In this document: one piece after another, positions 10,599 through 20,096 of the stretch
Layout: every line of letters begins with the position of its first letter
Position numbering within the stretch: position 1 is the stretch's first letter
IMG/VR virus record: IMGVR_UViG_3300006484_000005
Span: 62,001 to 118,326 of that record
Source: an uncultured virus (IMG/VR IMGVR_UViG_3300006484_000005)
Taxonomy: Duplodnaviria > Heunggongvirae > Uroviricota > Caudoviricetes
Length of the DNA: 56,326 nt
Strand: one strand, 5' to 3'
Program-made: the position numbers and the translations under genes
Notes under the pieces: generated by a model
Told to the model about the DNA's origin: nothing
The model's database searches: none
Seen by the model: only the letters and a program-made list of their open reading frames with translations

Positions 10599-11057
10599 TT
10601 AAAAACGAGGAAGTACTAACTGATCCTTTTCAAATAATGATTTATAAGTTTTTACCGACGAATACGATGGAATAGCTTCTTTTGTTGTATTAATATTTCT
10701 TCCTTTAACTGATGGGCTTGAAGGAGCAATAAATGTTGCTGTGGATCCTTCATCTATAGTAGAAGCATCAGGTACGGCTTTATTTAACGCTGTTTTTTGG
10801 TATTTTTGGGTATATGATTTATCAGTTAATACTGCTTTAACCTCAGGAGTATTTAACGTGGAAGCTTCTTTATGAAGTGTAGATCCTTTTTTAGCTATAG
10901 TAGAGTTTATAGTATCTCCATTAGTTATACGTCCAGCCCCATCACTTACCCCGTTAATTTCACTAGTAGAATATTCTAAAGCAGATCCTTTAACATCTCC
11001 TTTATATGAACCTACAAGTTTAGTTCCTTCTTTTTTAAATTTTTCAAAGATTCCCAT
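10599..11057 (-). CDS. Hypothetical tail-region protein (paralog of 11066..11287)
   Basis: 152-aa ORF sharing an STLH..S..N.P motif with its neighbour. Confidence 0.55.
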   Translation of the reverse strand: MGIFEKFKKEGTKLVGSYKGDVKGSALEYSTSEINGVSDGAGRITNGDTINSTIAKKGSTLHKEASTLNTPEVKAVLTDKSYTQKYQKTALNKAVPDASTIDEGSTATFIAPSSPSVKGRNINTTKEAIPSYSSVKTYKSLFEKDQLVLPRF

Positions 11058-11065
11058 ATTATTAT

Positions 11066-11287
11066 TTATTTTGGAAGGTTATCAGTATATTTTCTACCTT
11101 TAACACTTTTGAATTTGTTACTACTAAATGTATCATTTTCATCTAAAATAGATGATTTTTGAACAATTTTAGGATTGTTATTAATTGATGATTGGTAATG
11201 CAATGTTGAGGTTTTTGATTCAGCATTAAAACGTGGTTTACCACCACCATATCCTAATATACTACTTATGTTTTCTAATAAGCCCAT
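11066..11287 (-). CDS. Small hypothetical tail-region protein
   Basis: 73-aa ORF preceded by the ATATTTATA motif at 11300-11308. Confidence 0.55.
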   Translation of the reverse strand: MGLLENISSILGYGGGKPRFNAESKTSTLHYQSSINNNPKIVQKSSILDENDTFSSNKFKSVKGRKYTDNLPK

Positions 11288-11299
11288 AATGTGTTTTAT

Positions 11300-11308
11300 T
11301 ATAAATAT
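11300..11308 (-). promoter_or_regulatory. Putative late promoter motif ATATTTATA (representative copy)
   Basis: Just upstream of ATG 11287; the motif recurs upstream of 17 genes. Confidence 0.6.
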
Positions 11309-11313
11309 TAAAA

Positions 11314-13398
11314 TTATATTTTTACTCCAATAGCTTTGTTTTGTTCCCTTGAAATAAAAGGTGCAAATTCTGATGGTTTACTTACTGAAACTACTTTTAT
11401 TTGGCTCATAGCTTGAGCTAATTTACCGTAATCGAATTCAGGTTGTGACATGTTAATAGCACCAGCAGGACCTGAATATACATCGTTACCTCTAAATAGA
11501 TTAGTACCTGCAATTACTGTATCGTTATTATTTAAAGCATATGAACCATTTGGTGTAACTAATGTACGGTCACCATACCCAGACATTAAGTCATCTGCTT
11601 TAGCTGAACCAACAGCAGCCATAATACCACCTGTTACTGCACCTAATAAAGCAATACCACCAAGTATAGCCCAAGGGCTAGCAAATACTCCTACAGCACC
11701 AGCCGCTATAGCTGCTTCTGTTAATGCCGAAACTAATGTTATAACACTACTAATTACACTAGCAAATGAAAGAGCAGAGATTAATCCTAAAGTACCATAT
11801 ACTGCAAGAGAACTACTAGCAAAAGTAGCCATCATATCAACTAATTTACCCATAGGCCCATCTAATACATTACCTAATAATCCAGATAATTTTTCAATAG
11901 CAGCATTAAATTTATCTTGTGCAGATAATGACATTGCTCTATTTGCAGCCTCTTCACCCATCAAAGCTACAATTTGGGTTCTTGATTTACCTTGAGTTTC
12001 TAATTTTAATAACTGATCTGATAATTCTTGTGTTTCTAAACCTAAAGCTTTAGCCATTGAACGACGTTGAATTGCGTTCATATCACTAAATGTATTATAA
12101 TCTATTTGTTGACTTGTTAATTCTTTAGCAACACCAACTAAATCATTATTTAATGCTAATTCTCTAGCTTTATCTAAATTAATGTTACGGCCTGTAATTA
12201 AACTAGCTTCTAATGTATTTTGGATTGATGTTTGGAAATCTAATAATGCATTAGCTTGTTTCTGTGTTGTTTCTAATGAAGTACCTAAAGCATCCATTTC
12301 AGCAACAGCTTTAGCTAATTCAACTGGATTGCCTTTAAAGTTAGCTAATAATAGTGATGACGATTTACCTGCTCTTTCTAATACATCTCTAACATTTAAT
12401 TGTATTCCATATTGAGCTGAAAGTGAGGATACAGCACCTGAAGCATCATTAGTAATAGACTCCATGCTTTTACCTGTGATGATTGATGCTTTAGCTAACC
12501 CACCAGCAGCTTCCTCAGACAAACCAATTCGTTTAGTTAAATTAGTAAACCCAATATTTAAATCATCAGAAAAACGTTTACTGAATCCTAACTGTTTACT
12601 TAATGCTGCATTCGAAGCTAATAATTTATCTGTAGTAATGAATACATCTCCACTAGCAGCTGCTACTTCAATAAATCCATCCCGTAAAGCATATGCTTCG
12701 TTTTTACTTAATAATAATGATTTTTGCAAATCAGCTACTTGAGCACTTGCTTTAAATGCTTGCTGAATGAAAAATCCTAAAGTTAAAGTAGCTATACTAC
12801 CAGCAGCAGCTTTAAAACCTGCTACTAATGGATCTGTTCCTTTTACATTAGCTTCTTGCAATGCTGCAGATATATCCTTAAATGGTTTAGCTAATGTAGG
12901 ACCTACTAATGGGATCTTTGAAAGAAATTCAGACGCTTTATCCCAATATTTGGTTTGTTCATTTAATTCTTTAGCTATTGATAGAACATCATTAGATATA
13001 TTTAATATTTCTTGAGATGCTGCTATTTCTTCAACTTTTTGTTTTATTATACTTTTTAGAAATCTTGCTTCAGTTCCAGAAGCATTTTGTTTTAATTGAT
13101 TTAATCTATTTAATTCAACTTGATCTGATCTTAATTTTCTAGTTAAGTCGTTAGCTTTACTTTGAAGTTTATTTACTTCTTTTCTATTAGTAACATCAGT
13201 TTCAGATAATCTAGCTAATTCTCTAGCTAAATTTCTAGTTTCAGAATTATTATCTCTAGCTATTCCGAAATTAGTTGCTAATTGTGATGATTGAGATATT
13301 AATTGGTTCATTTCTCTGGCAACAGAGATTAAATTACCTCTAAGATCTCCGGCATCAGCATTAATTTCTTCAAATTTTTTACTTAAATCGTCAGCCAT
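11314..13398 (-). CDS. Tail tape measure protein
   Basis: 694 aa, Ala/Leu-rich and helical, with a hydrophobic segment near the C-terminus; canonical position after tube and chaperone genes. Confidence 0.8.
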   Translation of the reverse strand: MADDLSKKFEEINADAGDLRGNLISVAREMNQLISQSSQLATNFGIARDNNSETRNLARELARLSETDVTNRKEVNKLQSKANDLTRKLRSDQVELNRLNQLKQNASGTEARFLKSIIKQKVEEIAASQEILNISNDVLSIAKELNEQTKYWDKASEFLSKIPLVGPTLAKPFKDISAALQEANVKGTDPLVAGFKAAAGSIATLTLGFFIQQAFKASAQVADLQKSLLLSKNEAYALRDGFIEVAAASGDVFITTDKLLASNAALSKQLGFSKRFSDDLNIGFTNLTKRIGLSEEAAGGLAKASIITGKSMESITNDASGAVSSLSAQYGIQLNVRDVLERAGKSSSLLLANFKGNPVELAKAVAEMDALGTSLETTQKQANALLDFQTSIQNTLEASLITGRNINLDKARELALNNDLVGVAKELTSQQIDYNTFSDMNAIQRRSMAKALGLETQELSDQLLKLETQGKSRTQIVALMGEEAANRAMSLSAQDKFNAAIEKLSGLLGNVLDGPMGKLVDMMATFASSSLAVYGTLGLISALSFASVISSVITLVSALTEAAIAAGAVGVFASPWAILGGIALLGAVTGGIMAAVGSAKADDLMSGYGDRTLVTPNGSYALNNNDTVIAGTNLFRGNDVYSGPAGAINMSQPEFDYGKLAQAMSQIKVVSVSKPSEFAPFISREQNKAIGVKI

Positions 13399-13416
13399 TA
13401 TAAATTAATTATATAA

Positions 13417-13425
13417 TATAAATAT
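13417..13425 (-). promoter_or_regulatory. Putative late promoter motif ATATTTATA before the tape measure gene
   Basis: Exact motif directly downstream of a terminator. Confidence 0.6.
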
Positions 13426-13449
13426 AAAAAGCGCCTATTTTCTAGGCGC
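13426..13449 (-). terminator. Rho-independent terminator overlapping the stop of the frameshift extension
   Basis: Minus strand GCGCCTA-GAAAA-TAGGCGC-TTTTT. Confidence 0.7.
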
Positions 13450-13704
13450 CTTATATGAATAGTCAGGGGTAATATTTGGACGTGCTAATTTATTAGGAGA
13501 TTCATTAGACATTGTTTTATTCCTCTTTTCAATTTCATCCTTTTCTTTTTCGTAAAATTCTTTTATTTTTTCAAATGTAAATTTACGAAGCCATAATGGC
13601 ATATTATAAACATCACTCCAAGTATATCCTCCTTTACCATGAAATACTATCTCATGTATTTGAGAAAATACAGATAATCTATAGGGTTGAGTCAGGCCAA
13701 AAAA
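13435..13704 (-). CDS. Frameshift extension of the tail assembly chaperone (G-T type); not in the ORF track
   Basis: 90-codon open frame FFGLTQPYRLSVFSQIHEIVFHGKGGYTWSDVYNMPLWLRKFTFEKIKEFYE...KAPRK*. It opens right at the T7 run (13699-13705), just after an in-frame TAA, and has no ATG for its first ~34 codons. Confidence 0.7.
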   Translation of the reverse strand, partial: FFGLTQPYRLSVFSQIHEIVFHGKGGYTWSDVYNMPLWLRKFTFEKIKEFYEKEKDEIEKRNKTMSNESPNKLARPNITPDYSYKAPRK

Positions 13705-14443
13705 AGTTTAAGCCAATTGGCATTGATACACCCTCCTTTGTGTAACCATCTTTATCAATATCAATAGACATATCAATTCCCGGAGCAACTTGCGCATAAT
13801 ACTGACGTAAAGCACGTGCATCTTGCGCAGTAAGATAAATATCGACAAACTCGCGTATATCTTTCTTTTCGCGTTTACCTTCAACTGATGTTATCAAATG
13901 TTTTAAACGAGTAGTTGTTTCAAATGAACGATCTGGTTGTATTTTGGATAATCCTTTTAATTCCTGATCAATATTTTTTTCATCAATGTGTGATAATACT
14001 TTAAAAGTAATTAGATTTTTTGATTGAGGTAAAGTAAAGCCAAATTCATTAGTACCTTCTTCGATTAATGATTCATCTATTTCTTTTTCCTTTAAAGATG
14101 TTAGATCTACTATAAATTCATCTTCAGCTCCTTTTTGTTCATTATAAAACTTAATTGGATAATCTTTACCGTATCCTAAAATACGAGCAGCAATCATAAT
14201 TGCATCTTTATCACCAACTAATAAATCATTATAATTGATTGGAGTAACAATTAATTCTTGAAGTAACTTATCAATTACAGTTCCATTTTTAATATAATTA
14301 ACATTAGTTAAAATATCTTCATGTTTTGCAGACATATATGACATTTCAATTTCACCCGCAGATAATGGGTTTTCTTTAGGATATAATAAACCTTTAGATG
14401 GGAGAGTTACCGTTTCGGTAGGTAATTTAAATTTTGATTCCAT
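13679..14443 (-). CDS. Tail assembly chaperone / T4 gp26-like baseplate assembly protein
   Basis: LPSKGLLYP, EDILT, LLVGDKDAIMIAARILGYG and C-terminal FFWPD; between tube and tape measure genes. Confidence 0.75.
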   Translation of the reverse strand: MESKFKLPTETVTLPSKGLLYPKENPLSAGEIEMSYMSAKHEDILTNVNYIKNGTVIDKLLQELIVTPINYNDLLVGDKDAIMIAARILGYGKDYPIKFYNEQKGAEDEFIVDLTSLKEKEIDESLIEEGTNEFGFTLPQSKNLITFKVLSHIDEKNIDQELKGLSKIQPDRSFETTTRLKHLITSVEGKREKKDIREFVDIYLTAQDARALRQYYAQVAPGIDMSIDIDKDGYTKEGVSMPIGLNFFWPDSTL

Positions 14444-14464
14444 ATAACAATTTTATTGTGCGTA

Positions 14465-14473
14465 TATAAATAT
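14465..14473 (-). promoter_or_regulatory. Putative late promoter motif ATATTTATA before the tail chaperone gene
   Basis: Exact motif, intergenic. Confidence 0.6.
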
Positions 14474-14480
14474 ATAAAAC

Positions 14481-14514
14481 AAAAAACCCCTCGACAAAAT
14501 GCCAAGAGGTTTTT
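14481..14514 (-). terminator. Rho-independent terminator after the tail tube gene
   Basis: Minus strand AAAAACCTCTTGGCA-TTT-TGTCGAGGGGTTTTTT (stem with G-U pairs plus T tract). Confidence 0.65.
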
Positions 14515-14535
14515 AAATATTCACAATCTAATTTT

Positions 14536-15021
14536 TTAGTAATTTAATACGCAATAATCCATTGCAATTGTTATAGAGATAGATACAGCAGCTTCGTTTG
14601 CCCAATCATACTCACCAAAGTTAGCGGATTTACAATAAGCACCCTTAATAATCCATTCAGAAACGACATCACCAACTGGTCCTAATACGTTCATTACTAA
14701 GTCTTTCTTGTAGAAATCTGAGTAACCATCACGTCCAGTTACTGATTCGTGAGCTAAACGAGCCCACTCCATAATTGCTTGAGCACCTGATGGTGTTACT
14801 GGATCATATAATGTCATAGTCATATCTTGCCATCTTACTTTACCTTTAATTTTACGGTAAGTGTTGATATGATCTAAAATTACTTCACCAGCTTCAAATT
14901 GAGGAGATTGAACTGATTTTACTAAATATGATGGGATACCATCTATATACATTATGAAACGGTTTTGAACTTTTGGTTCAAAAGCCGTGAACATAATTTC
15001 TGAAGGATCTAATACTGCCAT
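14536..15021 (-). CDS. Tail tube protein (T4 gp19-like)
   Basis: FEPK.QNRF, W..MTMTLYDP and W.IKGA motifs; 161 aa directly after the sheath gene. Confidence 0.85.
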   Translation of the reverse strand: MAVLDPSEIMFTAFEPKVQNRFIMYIDGIPSYLVKSVQSPQFEAGEVILDHINTYRKIKGKVRWQDMTMTLYDPVTPSGAQAIMEWARLAHESVTGRDGYSDFYKKDLVMNVLGPVGDVVSEWIIKGAYCKSANFGEYDWANEAAVSISITIAMDYCVLNY

Positions 15022-15039
15022 TGTTTATATCTTGTTTAT

Positions 15040-15048
15040 TATAAATAT
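15040..15048 (-). promoter_or_regulatory. Putative late promoter motif ATATTTATA before the tail tube gene
   Basis: Exact motif, intergenic. Confidence 0.6.
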
Positions 15049-15067
15049 CAATTATTTAAGTTTTTTA

Positions 15068-16822
15068 TTATGCTGGGAAAGCAGCTCCAGTTGGTTGAAG
15101 AGTGAAATCTAAGATAATAAATTCAGCAGTTTTAGTAGGTTGAACATAAATCTGACCAACTAATTGATTACGATCAATTATGTCTGCTGTGTTGTTTGTA
15201 TCGTCCATTATTACTTTATAAGCAAATAATCCTTGACGTGAAACAACTTGTTCCATATATGGATTAACTACTGATAAGAAACGATTACGTGTGATTGCTG
15301 TATTTTGTTCAAATACTAATTCACGAGAAACTGATGAAACAAAGCGTTTCAAGTTAATCAATAAACGACGAACATTTACACGATCTAATGATGTAGCGCG
15401 TTTTTGGAATGTTTTCTGACCAAATGCTACAACACCATTTACTCCTGGGAATGTTGCTAATGGGTTAACATTTGCAGCATATAGTGAATCTCTATCAGTT
15501 GCTGATAATTTACGTTCTGCTTGAATTACTGAACCAATTCCACCACGATTTAAACCTGCTGGAGCGAACCATTCAGCACCTACTTGATCATTAAACGCAT
15601 ATACACCACCCATTACTACTGAAGGTGGAACCCATACTGGACGACCTAAATTAGCACTAAATGTTTGAACCCATGGCCAATATCCAGCACCATAATTTGA
15701 AGTTGAACCTGCTGCTGCTGCAATTGCATTTGTTTTAGTAGATCCATAAGCAACTAAGTCAGCAATTAAAAATGCATCACCTCTATCTTCTACAGTACTT
15801 ATAGCATTTGGACTAGAAATTTGGGCATCAGCTCCAACAAATAAACCTGGAGTTAATAACAAGTTAAAATCGTATTCGTCTTTATTTGTTAATAATGTTA
15901 AAGCTTTATGGTAATCTTCATCAATAAATCCTTGAGCTGTTGTAGATGTTGGAGTAATTGCATCAAAGAATAAACCTACTCTATTAGTTGCGGCTACACC
16001 ACCAGCAAATGACCCACCAAATGAACCAGAACCTGTTGAAGGCATTGATCCACTGTAAATAGCTGTTTTGAATACACCATCATTATCGATAGAATCAACA
16101 TTTGGTGTTGTAATTGATGCTATACGAACATAATTAGAAGCACCTGCAAATGAACCTGTAAGTTGGATATATGCTCCATCACCATTATCAGCAACATATA
16201 CTGGTTTTTGATCACCAATTACACGAGAAATAAAGTTTGGTTGTAATGGATCTAATGATAAGTTAGACCATGTTTCTAAAATATTTGGAGTTGAAGTTGT
16301 ATCATCTCCTCTACGAATTACAAGAGTAAATGTACCTTTTGAATAATCAGCATTTGAAACTTCCCAACGAACGTTTGCTGAAGATCCAGAAGCTAAAGCT
16401 CCACCTGCAGAAATTGAAGAAGAGTTATTAACTTCAGTTCCGTAGTTTTTAGATTCTAAAGTAAATGAAGCGTTACCTGATGTAGATAATGAAGAACCTG
16501 ATTGGTTAACAAATGCTTGAGCATATGTATTATTTGCAGATCCTGAAACAATACGAGTTACTAATAATGAACGACCTCCACCTGAGAAGTATTCTTTAGC
16601 AGCTAATGATGTAAAGTATTCAAAGTAATTGCTTCCTGATTTAAACTGATCTCCAAAGTTTGAAACATATTCAGAGTATGAGGTAACTACTGTAGGAATT
16701 AATGGGCGACCTTTAACTGTTGGTCCAACAAGTGCCGCTCCTGTTACAACAGGTCCTCTAGTAACTAATGACTTGTCACTTTCGTTAACAAATACATTAG
16801 GTGATATAATTTTTTCTGCCAT
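15068..16822 (-). CDS. Contractile tail sheath protein (T4 gp18-like)
   Basis: SPNVFVNESD N-terminus; YWPW, WFAPAGLNRG, FGQKT, RVNVRRL and PTKTAEFI sheath motifs. Confidence 0.92.
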   Translation of the reverse strand: MAEKIISPNVFVNESDKSLVTRGPVVTGAALVGPTVKGRPLIPTVVTSYSEYVSNFGDQFKSGSNYFEYFTSLAAKEYFSGGGRSLLVTRIVSGSANNTYAQAFVNQSGSSLSTSGNASFTLESKNYGTEVNNSSSISAGGALASGSSANVRWEVSNADYSKGTFTLVIRRGDDTTSTPNILETWSNLSLDPLQPNFISRVIGDQKPVYVADNGDGAYIQLTGSFAGASNYVRIASITTPNVDSIDNDGVFKTAIYSGSMPSTGSGSFGGSFAGGVAATNRVGLFFDAITPTSTTAQGFIDEDYHKALTLLTNKDEYDFNLLLTPGLFVGADAQISSPNAISTVEDRGDAFLIADLVAYGSTKTNAIAAAAGSTSNYGAGYWPWVQTFSANLGRPVWVPPSVVMGGVYAFNDQVGAEWFAPAGLNRGGIGSVIQAERKLSATDRDSLYAANVNPLATFPGVNGVVAFGQKTFQKRATSLDRVNVRRLLINLKRFVSSVSRELVFEQNTAITRNRFLSVVNPYMEQVVSRQGLFAYKVIMDDTNNTADIIDRNQLVGQIYVQPTKTAEFIILDFTLQPTGAAFPA

Positions 16823-16878
16823 TGCTATTTAATGATTATAATTTGGGTATTTCTACAATAAATATATGACAGATATTA

Positions 16879-16909
16879 TAAAACGAAGGCGAACTATGAA
16901 AGTTCGCCT
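16879..16909 (-). terminator. Rho-independent terminator overlapping the stop of 16894..17160
   Basis: Minus strand AGGCGAACT-TTCAT-AGTTCGCCT-TCGTTTT. Confidence 0.6.
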
Positions 16910-17160
16910 GTTTCTAAATTTATTGATCTGTCGGGGTATTGAGTTTTTAATTTTTCAACTAACTCAACTTCTTTTTCTTGAAGTTTTTCAAAACTAGATA
17001 TAAAATTATTAAATTCATCATCTAATCTTTTAACTTGTTTTTGAGCAAATTCACGTTGTAGTGAAAGTTCTCCAATTTGGTATGTTAGTACCTGAGAATC
17101 CTGTTGTAACTGCTTAATTTCAGCTAATTCTTCTTCTGTTATTTTTGTTTCTTTTATCAT
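16894..17160 (-). CDS. Small coiled-coil hypothetical protein
   Basis: 88 aa, heptad-rich, ending INLETGELS. Confidence 0.6.
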   Translation of the reverse strand: MIKETKITEEELAEIKQLQQDSQVLTYQIGELSLQREFAQKQVKRLDDEFNNFISSFEKLQEKEVELVEKLKTQYPDRSINLETGELS

Positions 17161-17169
17161 AATTTTATT

Positions 17170-17397
17170 TTATACGGGCCAATAATGCATTGGGCATGAT
17201 TTTTCTACTGGTGAGTACACTTTACCTTTTAATGGACATCCACATTTTCCACAATAATAAAAATTACCTACATCATTGTGTTTCATAAAAGGACATTCAT
17301 TGCATATAGCAATGCGTTGATCAGCTTTTTTTTGCTGTTCTTCTGTTGGATTAAATCCTATAATCCAAGATTTAGCAATTTCTAAAAACTTATTCAT
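17170..17397 (-). CDS. Small Cys-rich (zinc-binding) protein
   Basis: CxxC...CxxCGC...CP..W pattern. Confidence 0.65.
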   Translation of the reverse strand: MNKFLEIAKSWIIGFNPTEEQQKKADQRIAICNECPFMKHNDVGNFYYCGKCGCPLKGKVYSPVEKSCPMHYWPV

Positions 17398-17876
17398 TAT
17401 TTTACTTCTTCAACTAATGGTTCTTCAATTAAATGTTTAAATACTAAGATATAATTATCTTTTGTTTCAATTTTATCTAAATCAGATAATTTAATTTGTG
17501 GCACTTGAATTTCTCTTTCTTGACCTAGTAATTCACCATACTCATCGTTAAACTCGATATATGAAGGATTGATGTCTTTAACAGGTTCACCTTTATCATT
17601 TAATTCTCCTGTTTCTATAACCATAGAAATACCAATATTACCATTTTCATCCTCTTTACCATGTTTTTTAATTAATTCATCGCGTAAAGAATCAATTGTT
17701 TTCTTTTCAGAAGATAAATTCGAAAGTAAAATGTTTAAATGGTATTTAGTTACTACTGGTAATTTTTGGTTTAATAATCCTTCGATGATTTTTTCACCTG
17801 TTTGATTATTTGTAGCACCTGCTAATTCAGCTTCTAAATTTAGTAATTCGAATAATTTTAACGATTGGGTTTTCAT
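17397..17876 (-). CDS. Hypothetical acidic helical protein
   Basis: 159-aa ORF with TAATG coupling to the next gene; ATATTTATA motif upstream at 17897-17905. Confidence 0.6.
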   Translation of the reverse strand: MKTQSLKLFELLNLEAELAGATNNQTGEKIIEGLLNQKLPVVTKYHLNILLSNLSSEKKTIDSLRDELIKKHGKEDENGNIGISMVIETGELNDKGEPVKDINPSYIEFNDEYGELLGQEREIQVPQIKLSDLDKIETKDNYILVFKHLIEEPLVEEVK

Positions 17877-17888
17877 TTTATAACTTTG

Positions 17889-19127
17889 TTATTTATTATA
17901 AATATAATTTTTTGATTTTTTTGTAGTTTTTGTTACTGACTTAATGGTATTTAAGACATTTTTATCTATCAAATCTGGATGTATCCACCAATCTTCAAAT
18001 GAAGATTTACCATCTGTAGATATATCATTTACAATTAATTCATATCCTTTAGATTTTAAATATTTTCTTGACTTATCACGATATGATTTTGTTTCATCAC
18101 AATAATGATCATGTTCGTATGTTATTACTGCAAATCGATATTTTTCAAATGGGATTTGTAGTAAGGCTTCAAATGTATTACGAGGTGGCTCACAATCTAA
18201 TTGCAAATAATCCCAATCATTTCCCCAATTTGTATCACTTAATATTTTATCATAATTAGCAACCGTAGCATCTTGTAATAAACAAAAATTATCTCTTATA
18301 CCGTTAAACTTGTTTACTAAATTATTATCAATTTCTAATGATACTCCTTTCCAATTGAAGTCCTTTTCTAAAATGTAAGTATTAGAATGAACAATAGGTT
18401 CGTGTGCACCGATTTCTAAATATTTTCCATTTGTTTTTCCATTCAATGCCATTAATACAAACATATCTTGAAAAACTTGGGATTGATTATTTTTTATTTT
18501 TTCTACTCCGTTAAATTTAAATCTTAAGTCATTTAATTTTGTAGAATCATAATATGATGGTTTCTCCCAATCTCCATTCCCCCATAAAAATGTAAGATTT
18601 CTTTTTACTGAATCAATATGGGTTTGAATCATTGGTTCATTATGATGTAAATCTAAAAATAAATTTAAAGATTCATCTATACGTCCTATCCACCACGAAC
18701 ATACAGCTTTTTCAAATTTAAAACCATATTTACCTGGGTATTCTACATCTATGTTTAATGAAGGTAAATCAAATTGACATACAGATTCAGCTAATGAAGA
18801 TATAGTATATGATTCTTGATATTCTTTACTCCATTCATATAAACGTGAAAGTAAAAAATAAGCTTCGGGACGTTTTGGTGAATGTGATATAGCATGTAAG
18901 TATAATCCTTTAGTTGAAAATATACGATCAGCTTGTTTTTCTAAACACAATCCAGCTCTAAGTAATGATGAGTAAACTAAATCACTATCTGATTCAGTTA
19001 TTCTTAAATAATAAGTTAAAGCAGATGCTGTTTGGTTTTGATCATAATATAAATTAGCTAAATCAAATATAACTTTATCATTATACGGATCATCTATAAA
19101 TTTATTTAATGCTTGTTGAATGCTCAT
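17889..19127 (-). CDS. TPR-repeat plus FkbM-family SAM methyltransferase fusion
   Basis: N-terminal TPR-like helices (FDLANLYY...P.RPEAYFLLSRLYE); C-terminal SQ..QD, YLEIGA...SNTY, DYLQLDCE and ITYEHD FkbM-like motifs. Confidence 0.7.
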   Translation of the reverse strand: MSIQQALNKFIDDPYNDKVIFDLANLYYDQNQTASALTYYLRITESDSDLVYSSLLRAGLCLEKQADRIFSTKGLYLHAISHSPKRPEAYFLLSRLYEWSKEYQESYTISSLAESVCQFDLPSLNIDVEYPGKYGFKFEKAVCSWWIGRIDESLNLFLDLHHNEPMIQTHIDSVKRNLTFLWGNGDWEKPSYYDSTKLNDLRFKFNGVEKIKNNQSQVFQDMFVLMALNGKTNGKYLEIGAHEPIVHSNTYILEKDFNWKGVSLEIDNNLVNKFNGIRDNFCLLQDATVANYDKILSDTNWGNDWDYLQLDCEPPRNTFEALLQIPFEKYRFAVITYEHDHYCDETKSYRDKSRKYLKSKGYELIVNDISTDGKSSFEDWWIHPDLIDKNVLNTIKSVTKTTKKSKNYIYNK

Positions 19128-20095
19128 ATTCCTGATAATGTTTTAAAATAATTTAAAGGTATGTTTAGTAAATAAGCAGCATTGTCTTCATATCCAAACG
19201 AAACTAATACATTATCATCTTTTACAGCTAATCCACAACAAAATTCAATATAACCAGTCATAAAATCAAATTCATCACTTGTATTTACTACATTCCAATC
19301 TTTATCCCACGTTACTATTCTATGTCGGTAAGTAGCTTCTTTATTATTATTTTTATTTTGCCATAAATCAACTTCATGTGTTATTGCTACTCGATAATCA
19401 CCAATAGTTATAACTTGACTTCCACCTCGTATATCGCGTTTAGTAGAATATGGCTTACCTAAAAATACTTGCTTGCATGTTTTATTAATTGGATCTACCT
19501 TAACAATTTCTGTTGGATTAGTCCATTTAACAAAATGATATGGCATATCTAAAATTGGCATCCAGTTTTTTTCACAATATGAATCGTTAGTAAATGGAGA
19601 AGGAATTCTAAATCGACTTATTTCTGTTACTTTATTATCTAGAATTTTTATTTCTGATAATTCCATTCGGCCTTCACCATTTGTTTTAGTATCTCGTCTT
19701 ACCCCACACACGTATAATTTATTATCCCATCTAACTAAACGAGCATCTTCTAAACCAACAAATTCCCAAACTGGTGTTATATCATATCTTGATGTATCTA
19801 TTTTATTAAATAAATCTATTAATAAATCATCATCTAATGAACAAAAATAATTAGTTGTTCTTAGTGTTATGTCGTTTTCTGGGTTTAGGTATGCTAATGG
19901 GCCATATCGATTTTCAAATTTACCTCTAGTATGATATAGTGTATATTGTACGTGGCGTAAATTTAAAATTAATTTTCCATTATCATTAAAAATGGATGGA
20001 TTCATTAATCCAGTTCCGTTTGTATCGGGATGAGAAATAATAAGGGGTACAATATTACCCCCATTTTTTATAACTTGTTTTGATAAATTTTTCAT
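19124..20095 (-). CDS. Predicted beta-propeller glycoside hydrolase/phosphorylase (GH130-like)
   Basis: NPSI, GLEDARL, EKNWMP, RGGSQ, IEFCCGL and VSFG.ED motifs. Confidence 0.6.
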   Translation of the reverse strand: MKNLSKQVIKNGGNIVPLIISHPDTNGTGLMNPSIFNDNGKLILNLRHVQYTLYHTRGKFENRYGPLAYLNPENDITLRTTNYFCSLDDDLLIDLFNKIDTSRYDITPVWEFVGLEDARLVRWDNKLYVCGVRRDTKTNGEGRMELSEIKILDNKVTEISRFRIPSPFTNDSYCEKNWMPILDMPYHFVKWTNPTEIVKVDPINKTCKQVFLGKPYSTKRDIRGGSQVITIGDYRVAITHEVDLWQNKNNNKEATYRHRIVTWDKDWNVVNTSDEFDFMTGYIEFCCGLAVKDDNVLVSFGYEDNAAYLLNIPLNYFKTLSGI

Positions 20096-20096
20096 C

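Noticed and set aside
13652..13681. TAG read-through or stop-codon reassignment to explain the gap after the chaperone gene
   Set aside because: Read-through meets TGA after 8 codons, and the long genes are uninterrupted under the standard code
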